Source of the DNA: an uncultured bacterium
GTDB lineage: Bacteria; Planctomycetota; UBA1135; GCA-002686595
Length of the DNA stretch: 64,000 nt
Assembly (NCBI GenBank): GCA_943787795.1
Contig: CALSNU010000003.1
Coordinates: 352,001 to 416,000, forward strand
Reading direction: 5' to 3'
Position numbers and translations under genes: made by a program. Numbering within the stretch: the stretch's first letter is position 1; every line of letters starts with the position of its first letter. Positions 1 to 10,000 of the stretch are shown here, one piece after another. Below the pieces are notes generated by a model. The model ran no database searches. It saw only the letters and a list, made by a program, of their open reading frames with translations, and was not told the origin of the DNA.

Positions 1-726
1 CTCGAAGACACGCTCGAGGCCGCCCACGATCAAACGCTTGAGGTAGAGCTCCGGCGCGATGCGCAGGTAGAGCTCGGCGTCGAGGGCGTTGTGGTGGGTG
101 ATGAAGGGCCGGGCGGTGGCGCCGCCGGCGATCGGGTGGAGCGTGGGGGTCTCGACCTCGAGGTAGCCCTGATCCTCGAGGTAGCGGCGGATCAGGGAGA
201 GCGCCTTGCTGCGCTTCACGAACACCTCGGTGACCCCCTCCGAGGCCCACAGGTCCACGTAGCGACGCCGGTAGCGCGCCTCCACGTCGGTCAAGCCGTG
301 CCACTTCTCCGGGGGCGGCGCGACGGACTTGGCGAGGATCTCGAGCTCGGTGACCCAGATGGTGGGCTCACCCTTCTGCGTGAAGGCCAGCTCCCCGGTG
401 GCGCCCACGAGGTCTCCCCCGTCCAGCCACTTGCGGCGGGGCCACCAGTCGCTCATGCGACCCTTCTGGAGGCCGATCTGGAGTCGGCCTGTCCGGTCCA
501 CCACCGGGGCGAAGATGAGCTTTCCGAAGTCCCTGGTGCCCAGGATCCGGCCGGCAATCGTGACCGTTTGGCCCACGAGCGGGCCCGGCTCCTCGGCGGT
601 GCCGGCGCCCTCGAGAAGGTCTGAGATGGGCCGTGCGTCGACTCCCCTGGCGGGGAAGGGGTCGACGCCTTCGGCGCGCATGGCCTCGATCTTGGCCAGC
701 CGGTCGGGGTGAGCGAGGTCCGTCAT
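1..726 (-). CDS. lysS: Lysine--tRNA ligase, class II (5' part; continues off the window edge)
   Basis: Minus-strand translation from ATG at 726: [25 protein letters not shown]...[22 protein letters not shown]...[54 protein letters not shown], which are LysRS-II motifs. Not in the ORF track because it is truncated. Confidence 0.96.
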   Translation of the reverse strand, partial: MTDLAHPDRLAKIEAMRAEGVDPFPARGVDARPISDLLEGAGTAEEPGPLVGQTVTIAGRILGTRDFGKLIFAPVVDRTGRLQIGLQKGRMSDWWPRRKWLDGGDLVGATGELAFTQKGEPTIWVTELEILAKSVAPPPEKWHGLTDVEARYRRRYVDLWASEGVTEVFVKRSKALSLIRRYLEDQGYLEVETPTLHPIAGGATARPFITHHNALDAELYLRIAPELYLKRLIVGGLERVFE

Positions 727-960
727 GGTGAAGAAAGTCCCCTGTTGGCCTCCCAAAGGGAAGAGGGGAGCCACGAATCACACTGACAGGTTCCTCCGAA
801 CTCTCCCTTGACGACAGCGGGCCGCCGTCGCATTCTTCTCGCCAACTGCGCGATGGCGCAGGGGCGCGGCCGGTGCCCCCCCGTTCTGGCTGCCCGACGC
901 CACTGGATTCGTCCGGAGGTTGACGGCGCTGAATGACCGGCCTGCCGCGTCCGACATCTC

Positions 961-1079
<119 letters not shown>

Positions 1080-1229
1080 CAGGGGCTTCCGGTCGGGGGA
1101 GCGAGTTCGGAGTGCGGCTGGAGAGCCATCTCCGGGGTAATCTCCCCGGACCGTATCCGCGCTCGCGCGGCCGCTCCTTGGATGGCCCGGCCCCGTGACG
1201 ACCGTCGACCCGCCTCAGGACCGTCGAAG

Positions 1230-3809
1230 ATGACGAGCAACCAGTACAGCCCCAATGAGATCGAGCGCCGCTGGCAGGACCGGTGGGAGGCGGATGGGAC
1301 CTACCGGACCCCGAACCCCGGCGACGCCGACTTCGACCCCTCGCGACCGAAGTACTACGTCCTGGACATGTTCCCCTACCCCTCCGGGGCGGGGCTGCAC
1401 GTGGGGCACCCCATGGGCTACATCGGCAGCGACATCGTCGCCCGGCGCAAGCGCATGGAGGGGCATAACGTGCTCCACCCCATGGGGTACGACGCCTTCG
1501 GGTTGCCCGCGGAGCAGTACGCCATCAACACCGGGCGGCACCCCGAGGAGACCACCCGCGATAACGTCGAGACCTTCCGGCGCCAGCTCAAGTCGATCGG
1601 CCTGAGCTACGACTGGGACCGTGAGTTCGCGACCTGCGACGTGGACTACTACCGCTGGACCCAGTGGATCTTCACGCGCCTCTACGACCGCGGTCTGGCC
1701 TATCAGAACGAGGTCCCCGTCTGGTGGTGCGATGAGCTGAAGACCGTGCTGGCCAACGAGGAGGTCATCGACGGCAAGAGCGAGCGCGGCGGCTTCCCCT
1801 GCGTCCGCCGCCCCCTGCGCCAGTGGATGCTCAAGATCACCGAGTATGCCGACCGCCTGATCGACGACCTGGACCTCGTGGACTGGCCGGAGTCGGTCAA
1901 GACCATGCAGCGCGAGTGGATCGGCCGCTCCGAGGGCGCCGAGATCGAGTTCAAGGTCGAGGGCCACGCGAACGCCTCGCTGCGCGTCTACACGACGCGC
2001 CCCGACACGCTCTTCGGCGCGACGTTCATGGTGGTGGCGCCCGAGCATCCGCTCGTGGGGGCCATGACCACCGAGGACCAGCGCGCAGCGGTGGAGGCCT
2101 ACGTCAAGTCGTCCTCCGCCAAGTCCGACCTCGAGCGCACGGACCTCGCCAAGGAGAAGACCGGGGTTTGGACGGGGGCCTACGCCCACAATCCGGCCTT
2201 CGACGCGGGCGACGACCGCGGCCGCATTCCGATCTGGGTGGCGGACTACGTGCTGGCGAGCTACGGGACCGGCGCCATCATGGCCGTCCCCGGCCAGGAC
2301 CAGCGGGACTGGGACTTCGCCACGGAGTTCGGCCTCAACATCGTCCGGACCGTGGAGCCGCCCGCGGACTTCGAGGGCGAGGCCTTCACCGGCGCAGGCC
2401 CTGCGATCAACTCGGGCTTCCTCGACGGGCTCGGGGTCGACGAGGCCAAGGCCCGGATGATCTCGCGCCTCGTGGAGCAGGGGGTCGGAGAGGCCAAGAC
2501 CAACTACCGGCTGCGGGATTGGCTCTTCTCGCGCCAGCGTTACTGGGGCGAGCCGTTCCCCGTCTTGCACCTCGAGGACGGAACGCACGTGCGCGTACCC
2601 GATGGGGACCTGCCGGTCACCCTGCCGGAGATGGACGACTTCAAGCCCTCCGACGACGGCGCGGCGCCCCTGGCGCGAGCGACCGAGTGGGTGAGCGCGT
2701 CGGACCCCGCCTCCGGCGGCCCGGCCAGGCGGGACACGGATACGATGCCGGGCTGGGCGGGATCATGTTGGTACTACCTGCGCTTCATGGACCCCAAGTG
2801 CGCCACGGCGCCCCTCTCGGCGGAGGCCGAGGACTACTGGGGCAACGTGGACCTGTACATCGGCGGCACCGAGCACGCGGTGCTCCACCTCCTGTACGCG
2901 CGCTTCTGGCACAAGGTCCTCTTCGACGCCGGCGTCGTGAAGACCAAGGAGCCGTTCCAGCGCCTGTTCAACCAGGGCATGCTGACCGCCTTCGCCTACA
3001 AGGACGGCACGGGCCGCCTGGTCCCTGCCGACGAGGTCAACCTCGAGTCCGACCCGCCCACCTCCAGGGCCACCGGTGAGCCCCTCGAGCAGGTCATCGC
3101 GAAGATGAGCAAGACGCTCAAGAACGTGGTGAACCCCGACGACGTCTGCGAGCAGTACGGGGTCGACACCTTCCGGCTCTACGAGATGTTCATGGGGCCC
3201 CTGGCGGACTCCAAGCCCTGGAACCCGCGCGACGTGCCCGGCTCCCGGAAGTTCCTGGAGCGCGCCTGGCGCCTGTTCGTGGACCCCGACGGCGACGCGC
3301 CCATCCGCGTGGGGCTCGGCGATGACTCGGAGGTGACCCCCGAGGGGCCCGCCCTCGAGGTGGAGCGTGCGCTGAACCAGTGCCTCCAGCGCGTGGACGA
3401 CTCGTTCAAGGCGTTCAACTTCAACACCGCGGTGGCGGCGTTCATGGAGTTCCTCAAGGGGGCGGCCTCGAAGGGGCTCAACGGGACCCAGGCCAGCCGC
3501 CTCGTGCGCGCCATGGCGCCCTTCGCGCCCCACTTCGCGGACGAGATCTGGTCGCGCATGGGCCACGGCGGAAGCGTGCACCACGCCCCCTGGCCGGCCG
3601 TGGATGAGCGCTACCTGAAGGCCGACGAGTTCGAGATGCCGGTCCAGATCCTCGGCAAGCTGAGGGCCAAGGTCATGGTGCCGCGGGAGGCCTCCCGAGA
3701 GGAAATGGAGGCGGCCGCGCGGGCCGCCGTGGCCGATCGCATGGAGGGCAAGCAGGTCGTGAAGACGATCGTCGTGCCCGGCCGCCTCGTCAACTTCGTC
3801 GTCAAGTGA
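1230..3809 (+). CDS. leuS: Leucine--tRNA ligase
   Basis: MFPYPSGAGLHVGH (HIGH), KMSK, TTRPDTLFG editing domain, DWLFSRQRYWG. Start placed at ATG 1230 because the longer ORF overlaps the tRNA. Confidence 0.97.
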   Translation: MTSNQYSPNEIERRWQDRWEADGTYRTPNPGDADFDPSRPKYYVLDMFPYPSGAGLHVGHPMGYIGSDIVARRKRMEGHNVLHPMGYDAFGLPAEQYAINTGRHPEETTRDNVETFRRQLKSIGLSYDWDREFATCDVDYYRWTQWIFTRLYDRGLAYQNEVPVWWCDELKTVLANEEVIDGKSERGGFPCVRRPLRQWMLKITEYADRLIDDLDLVDWPESVKTMQREWIGRSEGAEIEFKVEGHANASLRVYTTRPDTLFGATFMVVAPEHPLVGAMTTEDQRAAVEAYVKSSSAKSDLERTDLAKEKTGVWTGAYAHNPAFDAGDDRGRIPIWVADYVLASYGTGAIMAVPGQDQRDWDFATEFGLNIVRTVEPPADFEGEAFTGAGPAINSGFLDGLGVDEAKARMISRLVEQGVGEAKTNYRLRDWLFSRQRYWGEPFPVLHLEDGTHVRVPDGDLPVTLPEMDDFKPSDDGAAPLARATEWVSASDPASGGPARRDTDTMPGWAGSCWYYLRFMDPKCATAPLSAEAEDYWGNVDLYIGGTEHAVLHLLYARFWHKVLFDAGVVKTKEPFQRLFNQGMLTAFAYKDGTGRLVPADEVNLESDPPTSRATGEPLEQVIAKMSKTLKNVVNPDDVCEQYGVDTFRLYEMFMGPLADSKPWNPRDVPGSRKFLERAWRLFVDPDGDAPIRVGLGDDSEVTPEGPALEVERALNQCLQRVDDSFKAFNFNTAVAAFMEFLKGAASKGLNGTQASRLVRAMAPFAPHFADEIWSRMGHGGSVHHAPWPAVDERYLKADEFEMPVQILGKLRAKVMVPREASREEMEAAARAAVADRMEGKQVVKTIVVPGRLVNFVVK

Positions 3810-3881
3810 GCGCGGGTCCGGGCGCGCCGGCGTTGATCGGCCGGCTCCGGGTCGCGACAATCTGAGCAGGAGGACACAGCC

Positions 3882-5258
3882 ATGGCGCTGCTGGAAGAAG
3901 ACCACGCGTTCGAGATTGCTGACGCCGTGCTCGCTGCAAGCGAGGCGGATGAGACCGAGGTGGCCATCCACTGTGTGGAGGACCGCTTTGTGCGCTTCGG
4001 CCACGAGGGGCCCACCCAGTCCGCAGACCGGGAGCGCTACGACCTCGCGGTCCGCGTCCGGTTCCGCGATGGCGGCGGGTTTCGTGAGGCCAAGGCCAGC
4101 TCTGGGTCCCTTGACGAGGCGAGTGTCCTCGACGCCCTTGGGCGGGCGGAGATCCTCGCCCGCGTGGCGTCGCCGGACCCTGGCGCCGTCCCTCTGGGTG
4201 GCGCGGTTGAGGTCGAGGGGACCGCGCCCTCGCGCCCGACTCAGGACCACAGCTTCAAGGAGAAGGCCGAGTGGATCGAGGCGGCCCTCCGACGCTGCGA
4301 GTCAGAGGGACTCCATGGGGGAGGGCTGGCGCGCACGACCGTCGCCTCGCGCAGCCTCGTCAACTCGGCGGGTCGGCGGGTGCATGGGGCCACCTCGCGG
4401 GCGGAGTTCGCGTTGACCTGCGCGGACGGAGGCGCCGACGCCGAGACCGTCGGGGGCTCGGCGAGCTCCGCGTCAGTGCGCTGCTTCGTGGATCAGGTGG
4501 ACGTGGAGGGCGTGATCGAGGACGCGGTGACCAGCGCCGTCCGTGCGCGCGATCCGGAGGATGTCGGGGCCTCGCCCATGGACGTGCTCCTCGAGCCCCA
4601 GGCGGTGGCGGCGCTGATGACCTTCACCTCAGGCATGGGGTTCGGCGCCCGAGGCTTCCACGAGGGGTCTTCTTTTCTCACGGGGCGCGTGGGGGAGCGA
4701 CTGTTCGCCGAGGGGATCTCGATCTCCGACGACCCCACCCACCCCGACCTCCGGGGTCTGCGGTTCGATGGGGAGGGGACACCCCGAGGCGCGCACGCCC
4801 TGGTCTCCTCGGGCACCGCACACGGTCCAGTGACCGACGCCTCCTGGGCGCACCAGTTGGGGCTCCCCAACACAGGCCACTCGCAGGCCCAACCCTCGAC
4901 GGACGGCCCCTCTGCGGGGCACCTTGTGGTGGCGGAGGGGGACCTCTCGAGGGAGGAGCTCCTTGAGCGGCTCGGTGACGGCCTGCTCGTTCGCCAGCTG
5001 CACTACGTGAACGTGGTGGAGCCGCGGGAGCTCGTGCTGACCGGGATGACGCGGGGCGGTGTCTTCCGTGTCAAGGATGGGGTCGTTGGCCGCGCCATCG
5101 GCAACCTCCGGTTCACCCAGTCGCTCGTGGAGGCCCTCGGGGCGGTGGACGGTGTCGGCGATCGGGCGACCCGGGTGGGGTCCCTGATGGGCGGCGAGCT
5201 GGTGGCGCCGTCCCTGCTGATTCGCGGTTTCCAGTTCACATCAAAGGCGAGGTCCTGA
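3882..5258 (+). CDS. TldE/PmbA family protein (non-catalytic subunit)
   Basis: FDGEGTP, TGMTRGG and GNLRFTQS motifs; no HExxxH; AGGAGG RBS upstream; adjacent to tldD. Confidence 0.85.
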   Translation: MALLEEDHAFEIADAVLAASEADETEVAIHCVEDRFVRFGHEGPTQSADRERYDLAVRVRFRDGGGFREAKASSGSLDEASVLDALGRAEILARVASPDPGAVPLGGAVEVEGTAPSRPTQDHSFKEKAEWIEAALRRCESEGLHGGGLARTTVASRSLVNSAGRRVHGATSRAEFALTCADGGADAETVGGSASSASVRCFVDQVDVEGVIEDAVTSAVRARDPEDVGASPMDVLLEPQAVAALMTFTSGMGFGARGFHEGSSFLTGRVGERLFAEGISISDDPTHPDLRGLRFDGEGTPRGAHALVSSGTAHGPVTDASWAHQLGLPNTGHSQAQPSTDGPSAGHLVVAEGDLSREELLERLGDGLLVRQLHYVNVVEPRELVLTGMTRGGVFRVKDGVVGRAIGNLRFTQSLVEALGAVDGVGDRATRVGSLMGGELVAPSLLIRGFQFTSKARS

Positions 5259-5263
5259 GTCCC

Positions 5264-6772
5264 ATGGTCAACCCGACGGTCAAGACGAACCCGGCGCACT
5301 CCATGGAGGCGCTCGCGCGTAGCGCGGTAGACGAGGCCATGTCGCGGGGCGCCGACGCCGCGGACGCGCGAATCGTCCGCTGCGCCGAGGAGCGCCTCGT
5401 GATCCAGAACGGCGCCCTCAAGGAGTCCGATGCGCCCGAGGACTTCGGGATCGCGGTGCGGGTGTTCAAGGACGGCGCCATCGGCTTCGCGGCCGCGCCC
5501 GGTCCCTATCCCGCGATGCAGAACGCGGTGAGCGGGCTCGTGCGCCGCTGCCTCGCATCAGCCCGGGACCTCGCGCCCCTTCGTCGGGTGCCCGTGCGCC
5601 TGGCTGGCCGCGCGGACGCTTGCGGAGAGTACGCGACGCCCGTGGAGGAGGATCCGTTCACGGTCTCGCTCGAGGAGAAGCTCGACCTACTGATGCGAGC
5701 GAGCGAGCGCCTCGGCGGCCGCCGCGAGATTGTCTCGCGACTTGCGGGCATGAGCCTGCGCCGCGAGGAGCAGTGGATGGCCACCTCGGACGGGGGCTCG
5801 ACGCACCAGGTGCTCGTACGCTCCGGCGGCCGGATCGAGGCGATTGCGCGGGCCCGCGGCGTGGTGGAGCGGCGGAGCTACCCCAATGCGCTGGAGGGAG
5901 ACTTCCGGAGCGGGGGCTTCGAGGTGGTGCGGGCCCTTGACCTCGAGGGGAACGCGGAGCGCGTACGCGACGAGGCAATCGCGCTCTGCCACGCCGACGT
6001 TTGCCCGCCTGGCCAACGCACGCTGATCCTCGGAGGGGGGCAGCTCGCCCTGCAGATCCACGAATCCGTTGGGCACCCGACCGAGCTGGACCGGGTCCTT
6101 GGGGAGGAGCGAGACCTCGCGGGCGGCTCCTTTGCAGCGGCCACCGACCCTGGTTCGCTGGAGTACGGGTCCGAGTGTGTCAGCTTCGTCGCCGACTCGA
6201 CCGTCGCCGGAGGCCTCGATACCCGTGGTTGGGACGACGACGGTGTGCCCTCAGGCCGCTTTGATATCGTCAGGGACGGGAGGCTCCGTGCGTTCCAGAG
6301 TGGGCGCGTCAGCGCGGGTCGAGCCGGCGCGGAGAGCAGCCGGTCGGTCTCGCGAGCCGAGGGCTGGTATGCCCCGCCGATCGACCGGATCACCAACGTC
6401 TCGTTGGCCCCCGGACACGGCTCCCTGGACGAGCTGCTCGCGGACACAGAGGACGGCGCCATCCTGGCCGACACGATCAAGACCTGGTCGATCGATCAGG
6501 AGCGACGGAACTTCCAGTTCACGTGCGAGGTCGGCTGGGAGATCCGCGGCGGGCGGCGATCTCGTCTCCTCCGCCTCCCCACGTACCAGGGCTCGACCCT
6601 GGACTTCTGGAAGCGCTGCGATCGGGTCGCGGGACCGGAGGAGTGGCGGCTCTGGGGTGTGGTGAATTGTGGCAAGGGGAACCCGATGCAGATTGCCGAA
6701 ATGAGCCATGGCGCAGCCCCAGCCCGCTTCCGGGGCGTCCAGTTTGTGGACGTGGGGTCAAAGCTCTCCTGA
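5264..6772 (+). CDS. tldD: TldD family metalloprotease
   Basis: HESVGH (HExxxH), DDDGV and C-terminal NCGKGNP..SHG motifs; alternative start at 5303. Confidence 0.88.
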   Translation: MVNPTVKTNPAHSMEALARSAVDEAMSRGADAADARIVRCAEERLVIQNGALKESDAPEDFGIAVRVFKDGAIGFAAAPGPYPAMQNAVSGLVRRCLASARDLAPLRRVPVRLAGRADACGEYATPVEEDPFTVSLEEKLDLLMRASERLGGRREIVSRLAGMSLRREEQWMATSDGGSTHQVLVRSGGRIEAIARARGVVERRSYPNALEGDFRSGGFEVVRALDLEGNAERVRDEAIALCHADVCPPGQRTLILGGGQLALQIHESVGHPTELDRVLGEERDLAGGSFAAATDPGSLEYGSECVSFVADSTVAGGLDTRGWDDDGVPSGRFDIVRDGRLRAFQSGRVSAGRAGAESSRSVSRAEGWYAPPIDRITNVSLAPGHGSLDELLADTEDGAILADTIKTWSIDQERRNFQFTCEVGWEIRGGRRSRLLRLPTYQGSTLDFWKRCDRVAGPEEWRLWGVVNCGKGNPMQIAEMSHGAAPARFRGVQFVDVGSKLS

Positions 6773-7090
6773 GAGAGCCGCGGGGGCGCGGAGAGCTCCT
6801 CCCAGCGCCTGATCTGCCGGGCGAGTTTTTGCGGCGCCTCGTCCCGCATTGGGTAAAGTGGAACTAAGAGCCCTGCGAGCGTCCATTTGCTCTGCTTGGG
6901 ACCGTTCGGGTCTCGATGAATGGAACATTGAAGAGCGGTGAATGGGTCCAAGTCACGCTGCGACTCGAAGATGCTCTGTCCCGAATTTGCGATCACTGCC
7001 CACCCCTGGAATCGAAAGACCATCCGGCAAAGCGCCGGGGCGCCCCGCGAGCGCTCTGATGGCTGACGGTTCCCGACCTTAGAGGTTCCG

Positions 7091-10000
7091 ATGACCCTCA
7101 CTCATCGATTGTTTGCTGCAGCGTCCCTTTGCGCTGCTCCCCTCCTGGCTTCTGCTACCCCGACCGATCCTGGCGGCATGCTGAATCCGGAGGTGGCCTT
7201 CGTAGGCGCTTCCACCGCGGTGCTTGAATCCGCGGGCTCGGTGGCGGTCGAGGTCGCCCTGTCAGTCGCCTCGTCACAGGATGTGATCGTTCCCTTCAGC
7301 GTGGGCGGGTCAGCGACGGCAGCGGACGCGAGCGTGGGGTCCAGTCCGTTGGTGATCCCGGCGGGCCAACAGAGCGGCTGGGTGGTTGTCTCCGTGACGG
7401 ACGACGCCGAGTCAGAGGGCACTGAGCGAGTGGTCCTGACCCTGGGGGCTCCGACCGGCGGTCTGCTTGGCGCGACGGCCGTACACGAGGTGGTCATCGA
7501 AGACAACGAGCCCGCGGCGACGCTGGGCTTCGACCTGTCCGCTTCCGCGCTAGCAGAGGGAGCCGGCATCGCTACCCTCTCGCTCACCCTGTCGAGCGCC
7601 CGTACCGAGGATGTGGTCCTGGACTTCACGCTCTCTGGGGCGGCCACGCCCGGCGGGGTGGACGTCACGGTCACCCCTGCCAGTCAACTCCTGATCCCTG
7701 GCGGTAGCCTCACGGCCTCGATCGCAGCCTCCGTGGTAAACGACCCCATGGATGAGCCCGACGAGGACCTGCGAGTGAGCTTCGGCGCTCTTGAGAACGC
7801 CGTCTATGGCGCGATCACCACGCACGACCTCACGATCCTTGATGATGACGACGCGCCGTCCATCTCGTTCGCGTCCGGCGGCGCGACCGTCGTAGAGGAC
7901 GATCCCGTGGCAGCCCTGGGCATCGAGCTCAGCGCCGTCAGCGGATTCAATGTCACGGTGCCGATCACGGCGTCCGGCTCGGCGACCGAAGGCGCGGACT
8001 TCGTCTTCGCTCCTGCAAGCCTGACCATCCCCGCGGGGAGCAGCGCAGGCGCCGTCGATGTCACGATCCTCGATGACACGGACCTGGAGGGGGCAGAGAC
8101 CGCGGTGTTCTCCCTCGGGACCCCGACCGGCGCCACCCCGGGCGCCATTCCGACGGCGACGCTCCTGATCATCGATGATGACGGCCCGCAGCCGTCGCTC
8201 AGCTTCTCGAGCCCGGCGTCGGTTGTGGACGAGGCTGCAGGCATTCAAAGCCTCGCCGTCCAGCTGGATGGTTATGCCTCGGAGCCGGTCACGGTGGACC
8301 TGACCCTGGGGGGCACGGCCCAAGGGGGGCTCGACGTCAACCTCCTCACGACGTCCCTTTCGATCCCGGTTGGGGCGCTCGGCGGGATCGTCCAAGTCGA
8401 GGTGCTTGAGGATACGGATCCGGAGCCCTCGGAGACTGCCGTGGTGACGCTGGTCGGCCCGGTCGGGGCAGGCCTTGGCTCACCCGATTCGCACGTCCTC
8501 ACGATCACGGACAACGACACCCTCCCGGTCGTCACCTTCGCGGCGCCCGCGTCTTCTCTTCTGGAATCGGCAGGCCCCATCGCGATCGGGGTGGAGCTGA
8601 GCGCCGCGGCCTCATCCGACGTGACGGTCTCGCTGCTGCTCTCCGGGAGCGCCACACCCGGCGGGGTCGATCTCGACCTCCTCCCGCAGCCGCTCGTGAT
8701 TCCCGCGGGAGCCACTGCCGGCCAGTTTGACGTGACCCTGGTGGACGACGCGTTGTACGAGGGAGACGAGGAGCTTGTCATTGACCTCGGTGCCGTCACA
8801 GGGGCCACGGCCGGTGCGAGCGCGACCCACGTACTCACTCTCGTGGAGGACGACCCGATGCCGGTCGTGCAGTTCCCTGCCTTCCGAACGGTGGTGGATG
8901 AGGCGTCAGGTGGCTTCAATCTCCGCGTCGAGTTGAACACCGTCTCTGGACTCGACGTGGTGGCTCCCTTCCAGGTGTCTGGAGAGGCTGCGGGTCCGGG
9001 GGACATCAGCTTTGCCGCCGGGCCGGCCGTCATTCCTGCTGGTGCGACAGCCGTCGACATCCCGATCACGGTTGTTGTCGATCGGCTGCCTGAACCCGGG
9101 GAGCGAGCGCTCTTCACGCTCCTCGATGGCGGAGCGCCGGGGGTCGGGGCACCGGAGGGAGCCACGCTCGGAGCGGGGTCCTCCTTCCTCGTGATGCTCT
9201 CGGACGGGAACATGGGGCCGCTGGCCAAGGCGCCGCCACTGGCACCCTCTGTGACAAGCCTGGCCTTCGACCAGATCCGCGCCGGAGAGTCCTCGGTGGC
9301 GGATACGGTGTTCTTCACCAATCTCCACTCGGCTCCTGTGACTCTCACCGAGTTGGTCGTCCGGGGTGGGGGCGCGTTCTCGACGGCGAGCCAGTCGGCG
9401 CTGCCGCTGGTGCTCGCTCCGGCGGAGAGTGTGGGTGTGGACGTGCAGTTCGTGCCGCTCGCCGCAGGGCCTACGAATTCAACGCTCTCCGCGCGCCAAG
9501 CTGGGCAGGGGGCGCCGCCGCTGGAGGTCAACCTCTCCGCGAGGGCGCTTGGCCCCACGGGCGCTGATCTCCTCTTCACCGCGGCGCCCGAGGCATTTGT
9601 CGAGGCCGGCGGCGAGGTCTGGGTGCAGGAGTACGGCTTTAACGGAGGCGCTCTGGCCCGGCTGACCGATCCTGTCCAGGGGACCGACCTGGATGGGTTG
9701 TTCCAGTGGGTCCGGACGGGCACTCAGTTCGGCTACTCGATGCCGCTCCCCAACGGAACCTACGAGGTCCGCATCCTCGCCTGGGAGCCGGTCAAGCAGG
9801 GGCCCGGCCAGCGGCTCTTCGATGTACTCGCAGAGGGTGCGGTGATCATTGATGACCTTGACCTCTTTGCTGAGGTCGGCCGCTTCTCCGCCTACTCCTC
9901 TGACCCCTTCGAGATCACCGTGGCGGACGGCGTTCTCGACCTCAGCTTCGACGCTTCGGTGGCGCAGGCGCTTGTCAGCGCGGTCTCCGTGCGTTCGATG

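Noticed and set aside
3882..6772. TldD/E (with the C39-like peptidase) as a RiPP cluster
   Set aside because: No precursor peptide, YcaO, radical SAM or lanthipeptide enzyme nearby; the C39-like gene is about 16 kb away and is not transporter-fused.
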